The translations under genes were made by a program, and so were the position numbers. Shown here piece after piece: positions 16,207 through 25,525 of a stretch of DNA of 32,000 bases. Source of the DNA: Pirellula staleyi DSM 6068 (GTDB lineage Bacteria > Planctomycetota > Planctomycetia > Pirellulales > Pirellulaceae); contig CP001848.1 in the NCBI GenBank assembly GCA_000025185.1, positions 3,090,001-3,122,000 on the forward strand. The letters run 5' to 3'. The notes beneath the pieces are model-generated. The model searched no databases. It saw nothing but the letters and a program-made list of their open reading frames with translations, and was not told the DNA's origin. The number at the start of each line of letters is the position of its first letter. The first letter of the stretch is position 1.

Positions 16207-19200
16207 CTAGCGATTGAACAGGAATGCTGGGTTATTGATGAGTGCCCAGGCGAGATCCTGAACACCGATCATGCGGGCATTCTTCATCTGGTTTTCGGCC
16301 AGTTGCAGTTCGCTCGAGAGACGTACAAAGTCGGCATCGCGACTCTTGTAGATCGCCACGAGCTGCTGCTTCTGTTCCTCGGTTCGTTCGGCTGCGGGAA
16401 CGGCCAGCAGTTTGGCAAGGTCGGCTGGAAGCGAAGCGGCGTCGAGCGGCGTGCTGCTGCCGGTGGTCGACAATCGGAACGCTCCCAGGCAATGCTTTTG
16501 GTCCTGGAAGTTGAACGTCATGGTCACCGTGATGGTGCATTTCCCTTGAATCGCTTCAGCGGGAGCCGCTTTGAACAACGCGTAGTGATTCTCGCCAAAC
16601 TTCGGCGAAACCGCCCAGCCCGAGGTTGGATTGTTATCCACCGCGCCGGCCACATGCCAGCTTTCCTGATTGAAGTCGGCCATCACTGCCGTGAGTGGCA
16701 CCGCAATCGTTTTGGCGGGATCGCTATCGGGAGTCACCGTCACTGCCAATTCGCTCAGCACGAAGTTGCCATTTTGAGCACGACCGGGACCCTTGGCGGG
16801 GAGCGAGTCATCGGCCAGTGCTTCCAGTTTGAGGCCGGTGAAGTTGGACATGTCGACGGGGAACTTCAGCATGTAGGTTTCCTGTCCTGGATCGCCGGAA
16901 ACGAGCACACTGTGATCCTCGCGCGCTGCAAACTTGGTGGCAGCGTGCGACGAGGTCATGTCGGCTGGCTTCAAGGTTTGCCAAACAACAGGCTGACCAA
17001 TCGCAGTTTCCCAGGCGGCTTGTTTCGCGCTGAGGCCCGCTTCGTAGTCGGCCAGTTTTTGTTTCGCAGTGGTCACTTCATCGGCAGGACCCTTCAGCGC
17101 GGCGATACCGAGGTTTCGCTCGCTTTCCGTTGGCTTACGCGCCAGGAATCGAAGGAAAATCTCGTCGATGAGTTTGTTGTCGTCGGTCTCACTAGCCACC
17201 AGTTTATTGAGTTCGCTAACAGGGTCGCCAATCGCCTCGGCCACGGTCGGACCATTAATCAGCTTCAGCACCGGACCAAGCACCATCCCCGACGAACGTT
17301 CGCATTCGCAGGCCGATTCACGCACCGGCTTACCGAAGTCGTCGAGGAACGGATCGCTGACACCAGCGTCGGGCAACTGAGCCGCGCGGAAACCAACCGG
17401 AACTCCATTCAGCTTCGCCTTTGCGCCAGTAGCCTGGTGAATGGCGTCGAATAGCACTTCGGCGGGAAGCCGTCGTGGAATGGCGTGCGAGTAGTTGATC
17501 GTGTCGTCTTCGTTCCACTTGTTCGAGCGAATCGAGAGTTGGTAGGTGCGGCTTTTGCAAATCGTGCGGAGCATGTGCTGAACATCGAATTTGTTTTCGA
17601 TGAAATCCACAGCCATCGCATCGAGCAGAGCTGGGTTGGTCGGTGGATTTCCGGCGCGAATGTCATCGATCGGCTCAATGATGCCGACGCCAAACAAATA
17701 GCCCCACAAGCGATTCACATAGCTTTTGGCAAAGTACTGATTGTCTTTCGAGGTGATCCAGTGAGCCAGTTCTTCGCGACGCGAAGCGGCCGACTTGGCC
17801 AGATCGCCATGTTGATATGGGAACGAAGGTGGTGACACTTGCTGGGTACGGTCGTGCGTCACTTCACCGCTGCCGGTGTCGTAAATCACTTCCACCAGAG
17901 GAGCCGCACCTTCCACAGCCGAACCACCAATTTTTTGGCCTGCGTACATCGGATCTTCTTTGCGACCAACTTGGGCAAAGTAAGCCGACAGTTGATAGTA
18001 CTGATCCTGCGTCCAGCGTTCGAACGGATGATCGTGGCACTTGTTGCAGTTGAAGCGAACTGCCAGGAACAAGTGCGTGGTGTTCTCCATCAAGCTCGCT
18101 GGGTCGCGAAGCGTTTTGTAATAAGCGGCTGGTGGATTTTCGACATTCGATCCACTCGCGGTCAGCACTTCGTAGGCGAACTGGTTGTACGGCTTGTTGG
18201 TAGCAATGCTTTCCTTGATCCAGTTTCGTAGTGCGACGGAGCCTTCCTCTCCCAGGAACTTGCGATTCACCTGCAGCAGGTCCGACCATTTGTTGGTCCA
18301 GTGCTCGACATACTCGCGGCTTCCTACGAGTTGATCAACGAGTGCTTCGCGCTTGGTTTTGCTATCGCGCGTGTCGGCCAAAAACTCGGTCACTTGGGTC
18401 GAGGTAGGGGGGAGGCCTGTCAGGTCGATGTAGACCCGACGAACGAACTCGTCATCGGTGCAGAGTTCGCTCGGCAAGATCTTCATCTGCTGCAGTTTTT
18501 TATCGACGAGTCCATCGATGTAGTTGTATTCGGGCATCGATTGCCAAGCGAAGCCGGTGCGATCTCCCATGCAAATGATCGTGGTCGCCGCATAGGCACC
18601 TTCATAACGCACAAGCACGGGGGCTTCGCCACGTCGCAGCGTCGTGAGCAGACCACTTGGGGAGGCTTCGATCACTTCGATATTGCCACTCTCGATGAAT
18701 GCTTCACGCGTCACATCACGGGTGCTGCCATCGGTGTAGAAAGCCTTGACGGTGATCTGTTGCGTCATCGCCTCGAGTGGAACGATTGGATTGACGGGGT
18801 AGACTTCGATGTGCGTTACGCGTGGCGCGTCGAGGTCGAGTTTCACACCTTGCGAAATCCAGGTGCGGACCAGTTCGTAGTAGCTCGAGTCGACTTCCGT
18901 GCGAACGCCGCCGACGTGAGGCACCGAACCGGTCGCCTTCAAGAGCATCAGGCTTTGGTCGGGAGCAGCGCGATTGAAACGACGCGATCCGATGTCGTCG
19001 GTCAGAGCGCGGTGATCGTAGATGGCATCGTATCCACGTAACGAAAGCTTAAAGCCACCTTTGCCATCTTTCGCGCCGTGGCACGTTCCCTGGTTGCATC
19101 CCATGCGCGACAGCACAGGCTGCACATCTTTCACGAAACTGATCGGCCGGACTTCGTTGTAGCCGGTGACTTTCGTCGGAATCCGAATCGACTGATCGCC

Positions 19201-19521
19201 AAAGGTGTAAACCACTTCGCCACTGCCATCGGCTACTGGGCTCACTTGTCCGTCAGCCGAAACCTTCACGACATCGCCTGTCGTGGTGACGGTGGCATGC
19301 CGCGTTAGGTCGAGCGAATCGCCCCCTTCGAGTTTGCCGCTAATCAGAACCTGGCGATACGAGAATCGACCATCGATCTCGATCGAGGCAGGGCGGGCTT
19401 CGAGTCCCACCACCTTGATCCCTTTCGGGAGTGGCTCGAGTGCAAAGGCTTGCAGCGACACCAGCATCGCGATGGCCAGCGTCGGGAGAAAAGCGAGTTG
19501 GTGATGGTACGTGTATTTCAT
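16207..19521 (-). CDS. Large secreted PSCyt/PSD protein (Ig-like repeats + CxxxxCH motif + DUF1549/PSCyt2 + DUF1553/PSD1)
   Basis: There is a signal peptide (LAFLPTLAIAMLVSLQAFA). MGCNQGTCHGAKDGKGGFKLSLRGYD follows. The DUF1549 block is IDGLVDKKLQQMKILPSELCTDDEFVRRVYIDLTGLPPT...FLAD...KREALVDQLVGSREYVEHWTNKWSDLL. The DUF1553 block is FNCNKCHDHPFERWTQDQYYQLSAYF. The typical C-terminus is DLAWALINNPAFLFNR. A GAAGGA SD lies upstream. Confidence 0.9.
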   Translation of the reverse strand: MKYTYHHQLAFLPTLAIAMLVSLQAFALEPLPKGIKVVGLEARPASIEIDGRFSYRQVLISGKLEGGDSLDLTRHATVTTTGDVVKVSADGQVSPVADGSGEVVYTFGDQSIRIPTKVTGYNEVRPISFVKDVQPVLSRMGCNQGTCHGAKDGKGGFKLSLRGYDAIYDHRALTDDIGSRRFNRAAPDQSLMLLKATGSVPHVGGVRTEVDSSYYELVRTWISQGVKLDLDAPRVTHIEVYPVNPIVPLEAMTQQITVKAFYTDGSTRDVTREAFIESGNIEVIEASPSGLLTTLRRGEAPVLVRYEGAYAATTIICMGDRTGFAWQSMPEYNYIDGLVDKKLQQMKILPSELCTDDEFVRRVYIDLTGLPPTSTQVTEFLADTRDSKTKREALVDQLVGSREYVEHWTNKWSDLLQVNRKFLGEEGSVALRNWIKESIATNKPYNQFAYEVLTASGSNVENPPAAYYKTLRDPASLMENTTHLFLAVRFNCNKCHDHPFERWTQDQYYQLSAYFAQVGRKEDPMYAGQKIGGSAVEGAAPLVEVIYDTGSGEVTHDRTQQVSPPSFPYQHGDLAKSAASRREELAHWITSKDNQYFAKSYVNRLWGYLFGVGIIEPIDDIRAGNPPTNPALLDAMAVDFIENKFDVQHMLRTICKSRTYQLSIRSNKWNEDDTINYSHAIPRRLPAEVLFDAIHQATGAKAKLNGVPVGFRAAQLPDAGVSDPFLDDFGKPVRESACECERSSGMVLGPVLKLINGPTVAEAIGDPVSELNKLVASETDDNKLIDEIFLRFLARKPTESERNLGIAALKGPADEVTTAKQKLADYEAGLSAKQAAWETAIGQPVVWQTLKPADMTSSHAATKFAAREDHSVLVSGDPGQETYMLKFPVDMSNFTGLKLEALADDSLPAKGPGRAQNGNFVLSELAVTVTPDSDPAKTIAVPLTAVMADFNQESWHVAGAVDNNPTSGWAVSPKFGENHYALFKAAPAEAIQGKCTITVTMTFNFQDQKHCLGAFRLSTTGSSTPLDAASLPADLAKLLAVPAAERTEEQKQQLVAIYKSRDADFVRLSSELQLAENQMKNARMIGVQDLAWALINNPAFLFNR

Positions 19522-19607
19522 AGCGATTGCGATCCTTCGTTCGAACTAACTGGCTGGGACTGATCGTGTGAGGAGCTTGCTGCCAAACTACATTGCCCGT
19601 TCAGGCT

Positions 19608-21044
19608 CTACTTCGAGGCAGCAACCGTGCTGGGCATCACTTCCACCGGGGTGAACTTCGTCATCAGGGAACCATCGGCGACCTTCAGTAAACGGATATC
19701 GCCGTCGAATCCAGCCACCGCAAGCGTGTTGCCATCGCGGCTGAAATCAACCGAGTACTGACCACCTTCGGGCACGGCCAATTTCCATTTCTCAGCGCCA
19801 TCGGCAGCCGCATAAACGCGAACTTCACCACGTCCATCGCTGCTGCTGCACGCAGCAATCAGATTGCCATCGGGGCTATAAGCCACACCGAAAACACGGC
19901 CGGGCAGTGCTGGGAACTCGCGTAGCAAGTTGGCGTTGTCACCAATCTTACGAGCTTCGGTGCGGATCATCTTGAAAACCTGCGGGCGTCCATCAGAACC
20001 GCCACACAAGAGTTCGTCTTTCGTGGGGTGCCGATCGATGGCCATCAAACCACCCTTGAGCGCGCCAGGAGTGATGCTGGTAATGTTGTCGATGAATCGC
20101 TGCGTCGGCACTTCGATCAGCTTCATCGACATGTCGCGGCTGACCGAGATCACGTGATCGCTTTTGGTGCTGAAGATGGTGTCGAGCACCCAGTCGCTGT
20201 GAGCACCATTGAAGAGCACTTCCTTGCCAGTGGCGGGGTCGATCGCGCGAATGGTGTTGTCCGGACAGCCGAACGAAACCATTTTGCCATCGGGGCTCCA
20301 GCTACCGCCATAAAGCGTGTCGTAGCCAGCCGTGTGCGACAGTTTGAGAGTTCGGGTAGCGACATCCCAGATCTGCACTTCGCCAAAGCGTCCCGGCGAG
20401 CCACCTGTAGCGGCGAGCATCTTGCCATCGGGCGAGAAGGTGATCGATTCAATCCGTTCCGACTGTCCGACCAAGCGTCCGACGAGTCCAGTCCCATCGG
20501 CTTTGTGCAGCAGCACTTCGTGGTAGCCACCCACAGCGATGATATCTTCGGTGGGGGAGAATTCGATGGCTCGAATCACAGGTGCCGCTTGGTACAGCGG
20601 TGGGTGATCGGCATCGTAGGTGGGTAGATTCGAGGCGGGGGTATCGTCGACCGCACCTTGGGCAATCCACTTAGTAATGGTGTCGATTTCGGGCTGCGTG
20701 AGTGGTGGGCCATCTTTCGGCATTTCGGCCTTACCGTCGACCGGAGTGATCTGACCCATCAAGTAGCTCTTGTCGGGACTGCCAGCGACAATCGCAGCAT
20801 CGCCCGATTCGCCCCCCTTAAGCAGGTCGGCAAAGCTGGTCATCACATACTCGCCACCACGTTTGGCGGGCTGGTGGCAACCGATGCAGTTCTTAGTGCG
20901 GAAGATCGGCAGGACCTGGCGGAAGTAGCTCACTTTTTCAGCAGCAGCTGGTTCATCGGCGGCGCGTGCTGCATCAGCAATGCCACTCAGGATGAGGCTG
21001 CAAGCGGCGAGCATTTGCAGTGCGAAATTGGTTCGCAATTGCAT
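19608..21044 (-). CDS. Secreted c-type cytochrome domain (PSCyt1-like, CIGCH) fused to a WD40-type beta-propeller
   Basis: The start is set at the ATG at 21044 (MQLRTNFALQMLAACSLILSG..., a signal peptide with an AAGGA SD 8 nt upstream). The heme-binding motif is NCIGCHQPAKRGG...SYLMGQITP...MPKDGPPLT. After it come repeated strands such as SPDGKMLAATGG, SWSPDGKMVSFG, AYSPDGNLIAACSS and FSRDGNTLAVAG, typical of WD40/beta-propeller blades. Confidence 0.85.
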   Translation of the reverse strand: MQLRTNFALQMLAACSLILSGIADAARAADEPAAAEKVSYFRQVLPIFRTKNCIGCHQPAKRGGEYVMTSFADLLKGGESGDAAIVAGSPDKSYLMGQITPVDGKAEMPKDGPPLTQPEIDTITKWIAQGAVDDTPASNLPTYDADHPPLYQAAPVIRAIEFSPTEDIIAVGGYHEVLLHKADGTGLVGRLVGQSERIESITFSPDGKMLAATGGSPGRFGEVQIWDVATRTLKLSHTAGYDTLYGGSWSPDGKMVSFGCPDNTIRAIDPATGKEVLFNGAHSDWVLDTIFSTKSDHVISVSRDMSMKLIEVPTQRFIDNITSITPGALKGGLMAIDRHPTKDELLCGGSDGRPQVFKMIRTEARKIGDNANLLREFPALPGRVFGVAYSPDGNLIAACSSSDGRGEVRVYAAADGAEKWKLAVPEGGQYSVDFSRDGNTLAVAGFDGDIRLLKVADGSLMTKFTPVEVMPSTVAASK

Positions 21045-21660
21045 GGCGTAAGTCCTTACTTCAGAACACGTTATTGGCAACGTGTGACAGCTTCAGCCAG
21101 AGCGGGCTCGAAGCAGTCCGGACCAATCATTGGTCGCGGTAGGCGGCCCTTCATCTTCCCAAGCGAAAGAGGGCGCCAGCTTCTCGAAAATGTCACGCAA
21201 GGTGCCGGGGTTTCGAGGGCAAACAGCAATCGATCGAGCAGTCGGTTCCTGGCGGAACTAGACGCAGCATCCAGCCGAAACAAAGGTGGGAGCTGGTTTG
21301 TGTAAGGGATGCCAACCTTCCACTAAAGGCATTCTTAGTGCGGGCGATATCCCTTGCAGCAACGCGTCAATCATTGCCGATGAACTCCAAGTGTATCACC
21401 TCGAAATGCAAAACGCAAATTTTCCTTGCCCAAGTTCTCATTCCAGCCGCTACCCGAGTGATTTTCTCTTCCACTCCCAGGTGAATACCTTCTCGAGGCC
21501 CGCAAAGATCGGCGCAGGGACCGCTAGCAGTCGGATTGAGAGCGGGGAGTTGAGCAAACCACTAAACCAACCTGGCGACCTAGGAATCGCTGTTAAGGGA
21601 AAATGATCCCGCGTTGTATCGTTTCATTGGCGGGCGGCATACCGCACGGCTGGATTTTCG

Positions 21661-21690
21661 TTGACATCGACACCTTTCGATGGTTACACT
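21661..21690 (+). promoter_or_regulatory. Sigma70-like promoter candidate for the 726-aa gene
   Basis: TTGACA (21661-21666), an 18-nt spacer, then TACACT (21685-21690), about 105 nt upstream of the ATG at 21796. This is a pattern match only, and planctomycete promoter consensus is poorly defined. Confidence 0.3.
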
Positions 21691-21795
21691 CCCCATGCTC
21701 GGAGGGTCTCGCGACAGTATAGCTAGGGCCTCCAGGCTCCCGCCTCGTATTGAGTCCTACCGATCGTTCTGCTTGGATCAAGGAACGCATATCCG

Positions 21796-23976
21796 ATGAC
21801 TCTCACACCCTTTCGCTCAGTCTTCGCTGGGCTTCGTTCTGCCGCAACAGTGGCTGTTGCATTGGCTTGCTCGATCGGATTCGGGCGCCTGGCAATCGCT
21901 GAGGGTCTCGATCCGGCGAAGCTTCCGGGCATTGTGGTCGATGACGGAGCGGCTGAAGCTCTGGGAACTTGGACGAACTCGACCCACACGCGTCCGTTCG
22001 TTGGTGCCGGCTACATCTATAGCGCCGGTGGCGAGTCAAACCTTGTGAAGTTCCCTATCGAGGTGAAAGAAGCTGGCACCTACAGCGTGCTGCTGGCCTA
22101 CAGCCCGGGAGCCAATCGTACTGATCGAGCACCGGTGCAGATTCATGCTGCCGATGGCCAGCACAGCGCAATCGTCGATCAGCAGAAGGTGCCCGTTGGT
22201 GTCGGCCCTTTCCATCTGCTGGGGCAGTACGATTTCACTGCTGGTACGACCGAGATCATTGTCTCGGCTGAAGCGAACGAAAAAGGGGTGGTCATTGCCG
22301 ATGCCGTGATGCTGGTCAGCAAAGAATCGCTCGAAAAATTCAAGGCCGACTACGCCAAGGAATTCCCCAAGCTCGTCACCAAGAAGGCGGATAAACCAGC
22401 GAAGCCAGTTGCCGGTGCGAAGGCCAAACCTGCCGAGCCACCCCTCGAAACGGCACCTGCCTTTGTGCGTGTCCCAGCCACCAAGCAGCGCGAAAAACTA
22501 ACGCCCCATTCGCTCGATGCGTTGATGGAAAAACATGTCGGAGGGATCGAATCGGCGACCATTGTCGGCGATGAAGCCTTCCTGAGGCGAATCTGCTTCG
22601 ACCTCTGTGGACGTCAGCCAACCTCCGACGAAATGGCGACCTTCTTGGCCGACACCATGCCCGACAAGCGGGAACGGGCTGTCGATCGCTACCTCGCTCT
22701 TCCCGAATTTGGTCGTAACTGGGGCAACTACTTCAGCGATGTCGTCAGCTACCGAACTCCCGAACCCGAACTGACGTTCCTCAACTACACACCGTTCAAA
22801 GGCTGGTTGGCCGAGCAGCTGAATCAAGACGTGGGTTACGACGAAGTTGCCTATCGCATCATCACCGCCAGTGGGAAGGTGGCTGATAACCCAGCCGCTT
22901 CGTATGTCGGTTTCCACCAGGGAGATCGTTCGCGACTTGCCGCAGAGACCACACGCATCTTCCTCAGCACGCAGATTCAGTGTGCCGAGTGTCACGACCA
23001 TAAGTTCATCGACATGCCGCAGGAGACGTTTCACCACGTCGCCGCGTTCTTCGTGCGTGTTCAGGCGAAGCTCCCTTGGAACGACAGCAGCCAGATCCTC
23101 GTCTCGAGCAAAGCGGCTGGCGAACACAAGATGCCCGAAGGTCGCGAAGAGATGAAGCCGATGGCGTTCTCGGAGAAGTCGCTCGAACTGGGACGCTCGG
23201 ATATCGATCGCCGCGTGGAACTAGCCAACTGGATTGTCGGTTCCGAGAACCCTTGGTTTGCCAAGGCGTTTACCAATCGTGTTTGGGCTCGCATGATGGG
23301 ACGCGGATTCTGCGAACCGGTCGACGAGATCGGCGAACTTGGTGATCGAGTCCTTCCAGAAGTTCATGCAGCAGTAGCCGATCACTTCATCGCCACTGGC
23401 TTTAAGGCCAAGGATCTCTTCCGCACGATCGCCCTCTCGAAGAGCTATCAGCGCGGCATTTGCGATCCGGCGAAGGGTGATGAAAAACCGTTTGCTACGA
23501 TCGCTGCCGGTCGCCTGCGAGGTGATGAGGTGTTTGATTCGCTCGCCGTTGCGATTTCGCTGCCCGACGTTACTCCGCCAGCAATGGCACCCACCGCAGA
23601 GATTCGCTTCCCGCCGCCACCCAAGAGCACCCGCGATCTGGTGAATGAAGCGTTTGGCTTCGATCCATCATCGGAAGCGGTGCATGTGCTCCGAACGATG
23701 CAGCAAGCGATGTTCCTGATGAACAACGATCAGATTCAAAAGCAAATCGATGCCTCGCCCGGTTCAGGCACCGTTCTCGCGCAGCTGCTCGCAGCCGAAG
23801 CTTCGAACGATGTGGTGGTCGAGAAGTTGTACGAGCGTGTTTTGGCTCGTAAGCCGACGGCGAAGGAAATCGAGATTGCTCGGGAGCATATCGCCAGCAT
23901 CGCCGACCGTGGCGACGCTTTCGAGGATCTCCTGTGGAGCATGATCAATAGCGCTGAGTTCTTGTCGCGTCGCTAA
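21796..23976 (+). CDS. Secreted DUF1549/DUF1553 (PSCyt2/PSD1) protein with an N-terminal carbohydrate-binding-like beta-sandwich domain
   Basis: There is a signal peptide (AATVAVALACSIGFGRLAIA). The DUF1549 block is FLRRICFDLCGRQPTSDEMATFLADTMPDKRERAVDRYLALPEFGRNWGNYFSDV. The DUF1553 block is IQCAECHDHKFIDMPQETFHHVAAFF. The C-terminus is DLLWSMINSAEFLSRR. An AAGGAA SD lies upstream. Confidence 0.9.
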   Translation: MTLTPFRSVFAGLRSAATVAVALACSIGFGRLAIAEGLDPAKLPGIVVDDGAAEALGTWTNSTHTRPFVGAGYIYSAGGESNLVKFPIEVKEAGTYSVLLAYSPGANRTDRAPVQIHAADGQHSAIVDQQKVPVGVGPFHLLGQYDFTAGTTEIIVSAEANEKGVVIADAVMLVSKESLEKFKADYAKEFPKLVTKKADKPAKPVAGAKAKPAEPPLETAPAFVRVPATKQREKLTPHSLDALMEKHVGGIESATIVGDEAFLRRICFDLCGRQPTSDEMATFLADTMPDKRERAVDRYLALPEFGRNWGNYFSDVVSYRTPEPELTFLNYTPFKGWLAEQLNQDVGYDEVAYRIITASGKVADNPAASYVGFHQGDRSRLAAETTRIFLSTQIQCAECHDHKFIDMPQETFHHVAAFFVRVQAKLPWNDSSQILVSSKAAGEHKMPEGREEMKPMAFSEKSLELGRSDIDRRVELANWIVGSENPWFAKAFTNRVWARMMGRGFCEPVDEIGELGDRVLPEVHAAVADHFIATGFKAKDLFRTIALSKSYQRGICDPAKGDEKPFATIAAGRLRGDEVFDSLAVAISLPDVTPPAMAPTAEIRFPPPPKSTRDLVNEAFGFDPSSEAVHVLRTMQQAMFLMNNDQIQKQIDASPGSGTVLAQLLAAEASNDVVVEKLYERVLARKPTAKEIEIAREHIASIADRGDAFEDLLWSMINSAEFLSRR

Positions 23977-24042
23977 ACGGCATGAACCTGAGTTGAGCTG
24001 AGCAGTTTTGTCCGTCCACTTTTGTACGAGCGTAGGTCGACC

Positions 24043-25359
24043 ATGCAACGCACTGTAGTTACCGCAACAGCCGACAAGCATGGCGTTACTGGTCGGCGTG
24101 GTTTTCTGCGTCAGATGTTTACTGCCGGTGTCGCAACAACGGCTGCAGTATCGTGGCGCGATATGCTGATGGCTCGCACGGCCGACATGGCCAAGTCGGG
24201 CAAAAAGATGATTCTGCTGTGGATGGATGGCGGTCCGAGCCAGTTCGAAACTTTCAATCCCAAGATCGGTTCGAAGTTTCAAGGTCCGGCAAAGGCGATC
24301 AAGACCAACGTTCCAGGTGTCGAGATTGCCGAGTATTGGCCCGAAACAGCCAAGGTGATGGACAAGATTGCTTTGGTGCGCTCGATGAAGAGCGAAGAGC
24401 GCGACCATTTCCGGGCCATCAAGCTTGTTCGCACGGGCTATCCAATCAAGCCGACGATCAACTATCCCACCTGGGGTAGCGTTGTGGCCCGTGATCGCTG
24501 GGACCCCGGATTTGATCTTCCAGCGTTTGTGCGCGTCGGGACGCCACGCATCAAGACGCGCGATGTAAATGCTGGTGTGCTGGGGGCACGGTACGAGTCG
24601 TTCAAGATTCCGAGCGCAGGTAAGTTGCCCGAGAACGTCAGCCCCGTTGTCGATCCGCAGGTGCTGGAGCGTCGTCTGGCGCTGGCGGCCAAAATGGATC
24701 AGCAGTTCGCTGCATCAGGAAGTGAAAAAGCGGCTCGCGAACAGCGTGAGATCTACGAACGCACCAGCCGATTCGTTCTCAGCCCACTCATCAAAACGTT
24801 CGATCTGTCGCAAGAGCCCGAGAAGATGCGCGAGGCTTATGGCGCGACTACCTTCGGTCAAAGTTGCTTGCTCGCTCGACGCTTGATCGAAACCGGCGTC
24901 AGCTTCGTTGAAGTGATCAACGGTGGCGATGGAAACGACCAAGGTTGGGATACGCACAAGCGAGGGTTCAAAGAGAATCCCGAACTAGCCGCGCAAACCG
25001 ACACTGGTTATGCCGCGCTGCTGACCGACCTGGCCAATCGCGGGCTGCTTGAAGATACGCTGGTGGTGTGGATGGGCGAGTTCTGCCGCACACCGAAGTT
25101 CGACGCCGATGGTGGCCGCGATCACTACAGCGAAGGCTGGATCGTTGGCTTCTCGGGTGGTGGCGTGAAAATGGGGCAGGTGATCGGCGCGACGGACGAT
25201 GAAGGGGTGAAAGTCACCGATCGACCAGTCGGCGTTCAGGATCTGTTCGTCACGTTCTGCCACATCCTGGGGCTCGACCCGCACGAAGAGTACATCACCG
25301 ATCAAGATCAGCCGCTGAAGCTGGTCGAAGGTGGCGAACTGATTAAAGAGCTCGTCTAA
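24043..25359 (+). CDS. DUF1501 family protein (sulfatase/alkaline-phosphatase-like fold) with Tat signal
   Basis: The twin-arginine signal is GRRGFLRQMFTAGVATTAAV. It is followed by ILLWMDGGPSQFETFNPK...VRSM...HF...GWDTH...LLEDTLVVWMGEFCRTP...GRDHY, the characteristic DUF1501 blocks. I preferred the ATG at 24043 over the TTG at 24022. Placement directly after a DUF1549/1553 gene is the usual pairing. Confidence 0.9.
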   Translation: MQRTVVTATADKHGVTGRRGFLRQMFTAGVATTAAVSWRDMLMARTADMAKSGKKMILLWMDGGPSQFETFNPKIGSKFQGPAKAIKTNVPGVEIAEYWPETAKVMDKIALVRSMKSEERDHFRAIKLVRTGYPIKPTINYPTWGSVVARDRWDPGFDLPAFVRVGTPRIKTRDVNAGVLGARYESFKIPSAGKLPENVSPVVDPQVLERRLALAAKMDQQFAASGSEKAAREQREIYERTSRFVLSPLIKTFDLSQEPEKMREAYGATTFGQSCLLARRLIETGVSFVEVINGGDGNDQGWDTHKRGFKENPELAAQTDTGYAALLTDLANRGLLEDTLVVWMGEFCRTPKFDADGGRDHYSEGWIVGFSGGGVKMGQVIGATDDEGVKVTDRPVGVQDLFVTFCHILGLDPHEEYITDQDQPLKLVEGGELIKELV

Positions 25360-25402
25360 ACGAGCCAGCGAGTGTTCGCTCGCAACAATTCAACCTCTCC
25401 TC

Positions 25403-25443
25403 CATCGCGCTAGGAAATCCTCTCCTCCAGCGCGATGTTTTTT
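25403..25443 (+). terminator. Rho-independent terminator after the DUF1501 gene
   Basis: CATCGCGCT (25403-25411) pairs with AGCGCGATG (25429-25437), with a 17-nt loop. TTTTTT follows at 25438-25443. Confidence 0.85.
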
Positions 25444-25525
25444 GCGCGGAACGCAATAGCAAGTCCGTGATCGAGATCGTTGATCGCGCCAGAAGATCGC
25501 GCGAGTCATTCAGCCAAAGCGTCGA

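Noticed and set aside
16135-19041. Plus-strand ORFs 16135..17454 (439 aa), 17839..18231 and 18301..19041 (246 aa) opposite the 1104-aa PSCyt/PSD gene
   Set aside because: The products are Arg/Gly/His-rich nonsense, while the minus-strand frame carries complete DUF1549/DUF1553 signatures.
21286-21606. 106-aa ORF (and the 70-aa and 65-aa minus-strand ORFs) in the 750-bp divergent intergenic region
   Set aside because: There is no SD, the codon usage is atypical, the sequence is AT-richer, and the products have no motifs.
1895-24042. Longer N-terminal extensions offered by the ORF track (fliW from 1895, nadA from 12439, the Ala/Pro-rich gene from 15966, the cyt-c/WD40 gene from 21080, DUF1501 from 24022)
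   Set aside because: Each extension starts at a non-ATG or an SD-less codon. Each adds residues ahead of the conserved family N-terminus or the signal peptide. Downstream ATGs with better SD spacing were chosen, though the starts remain unverified.
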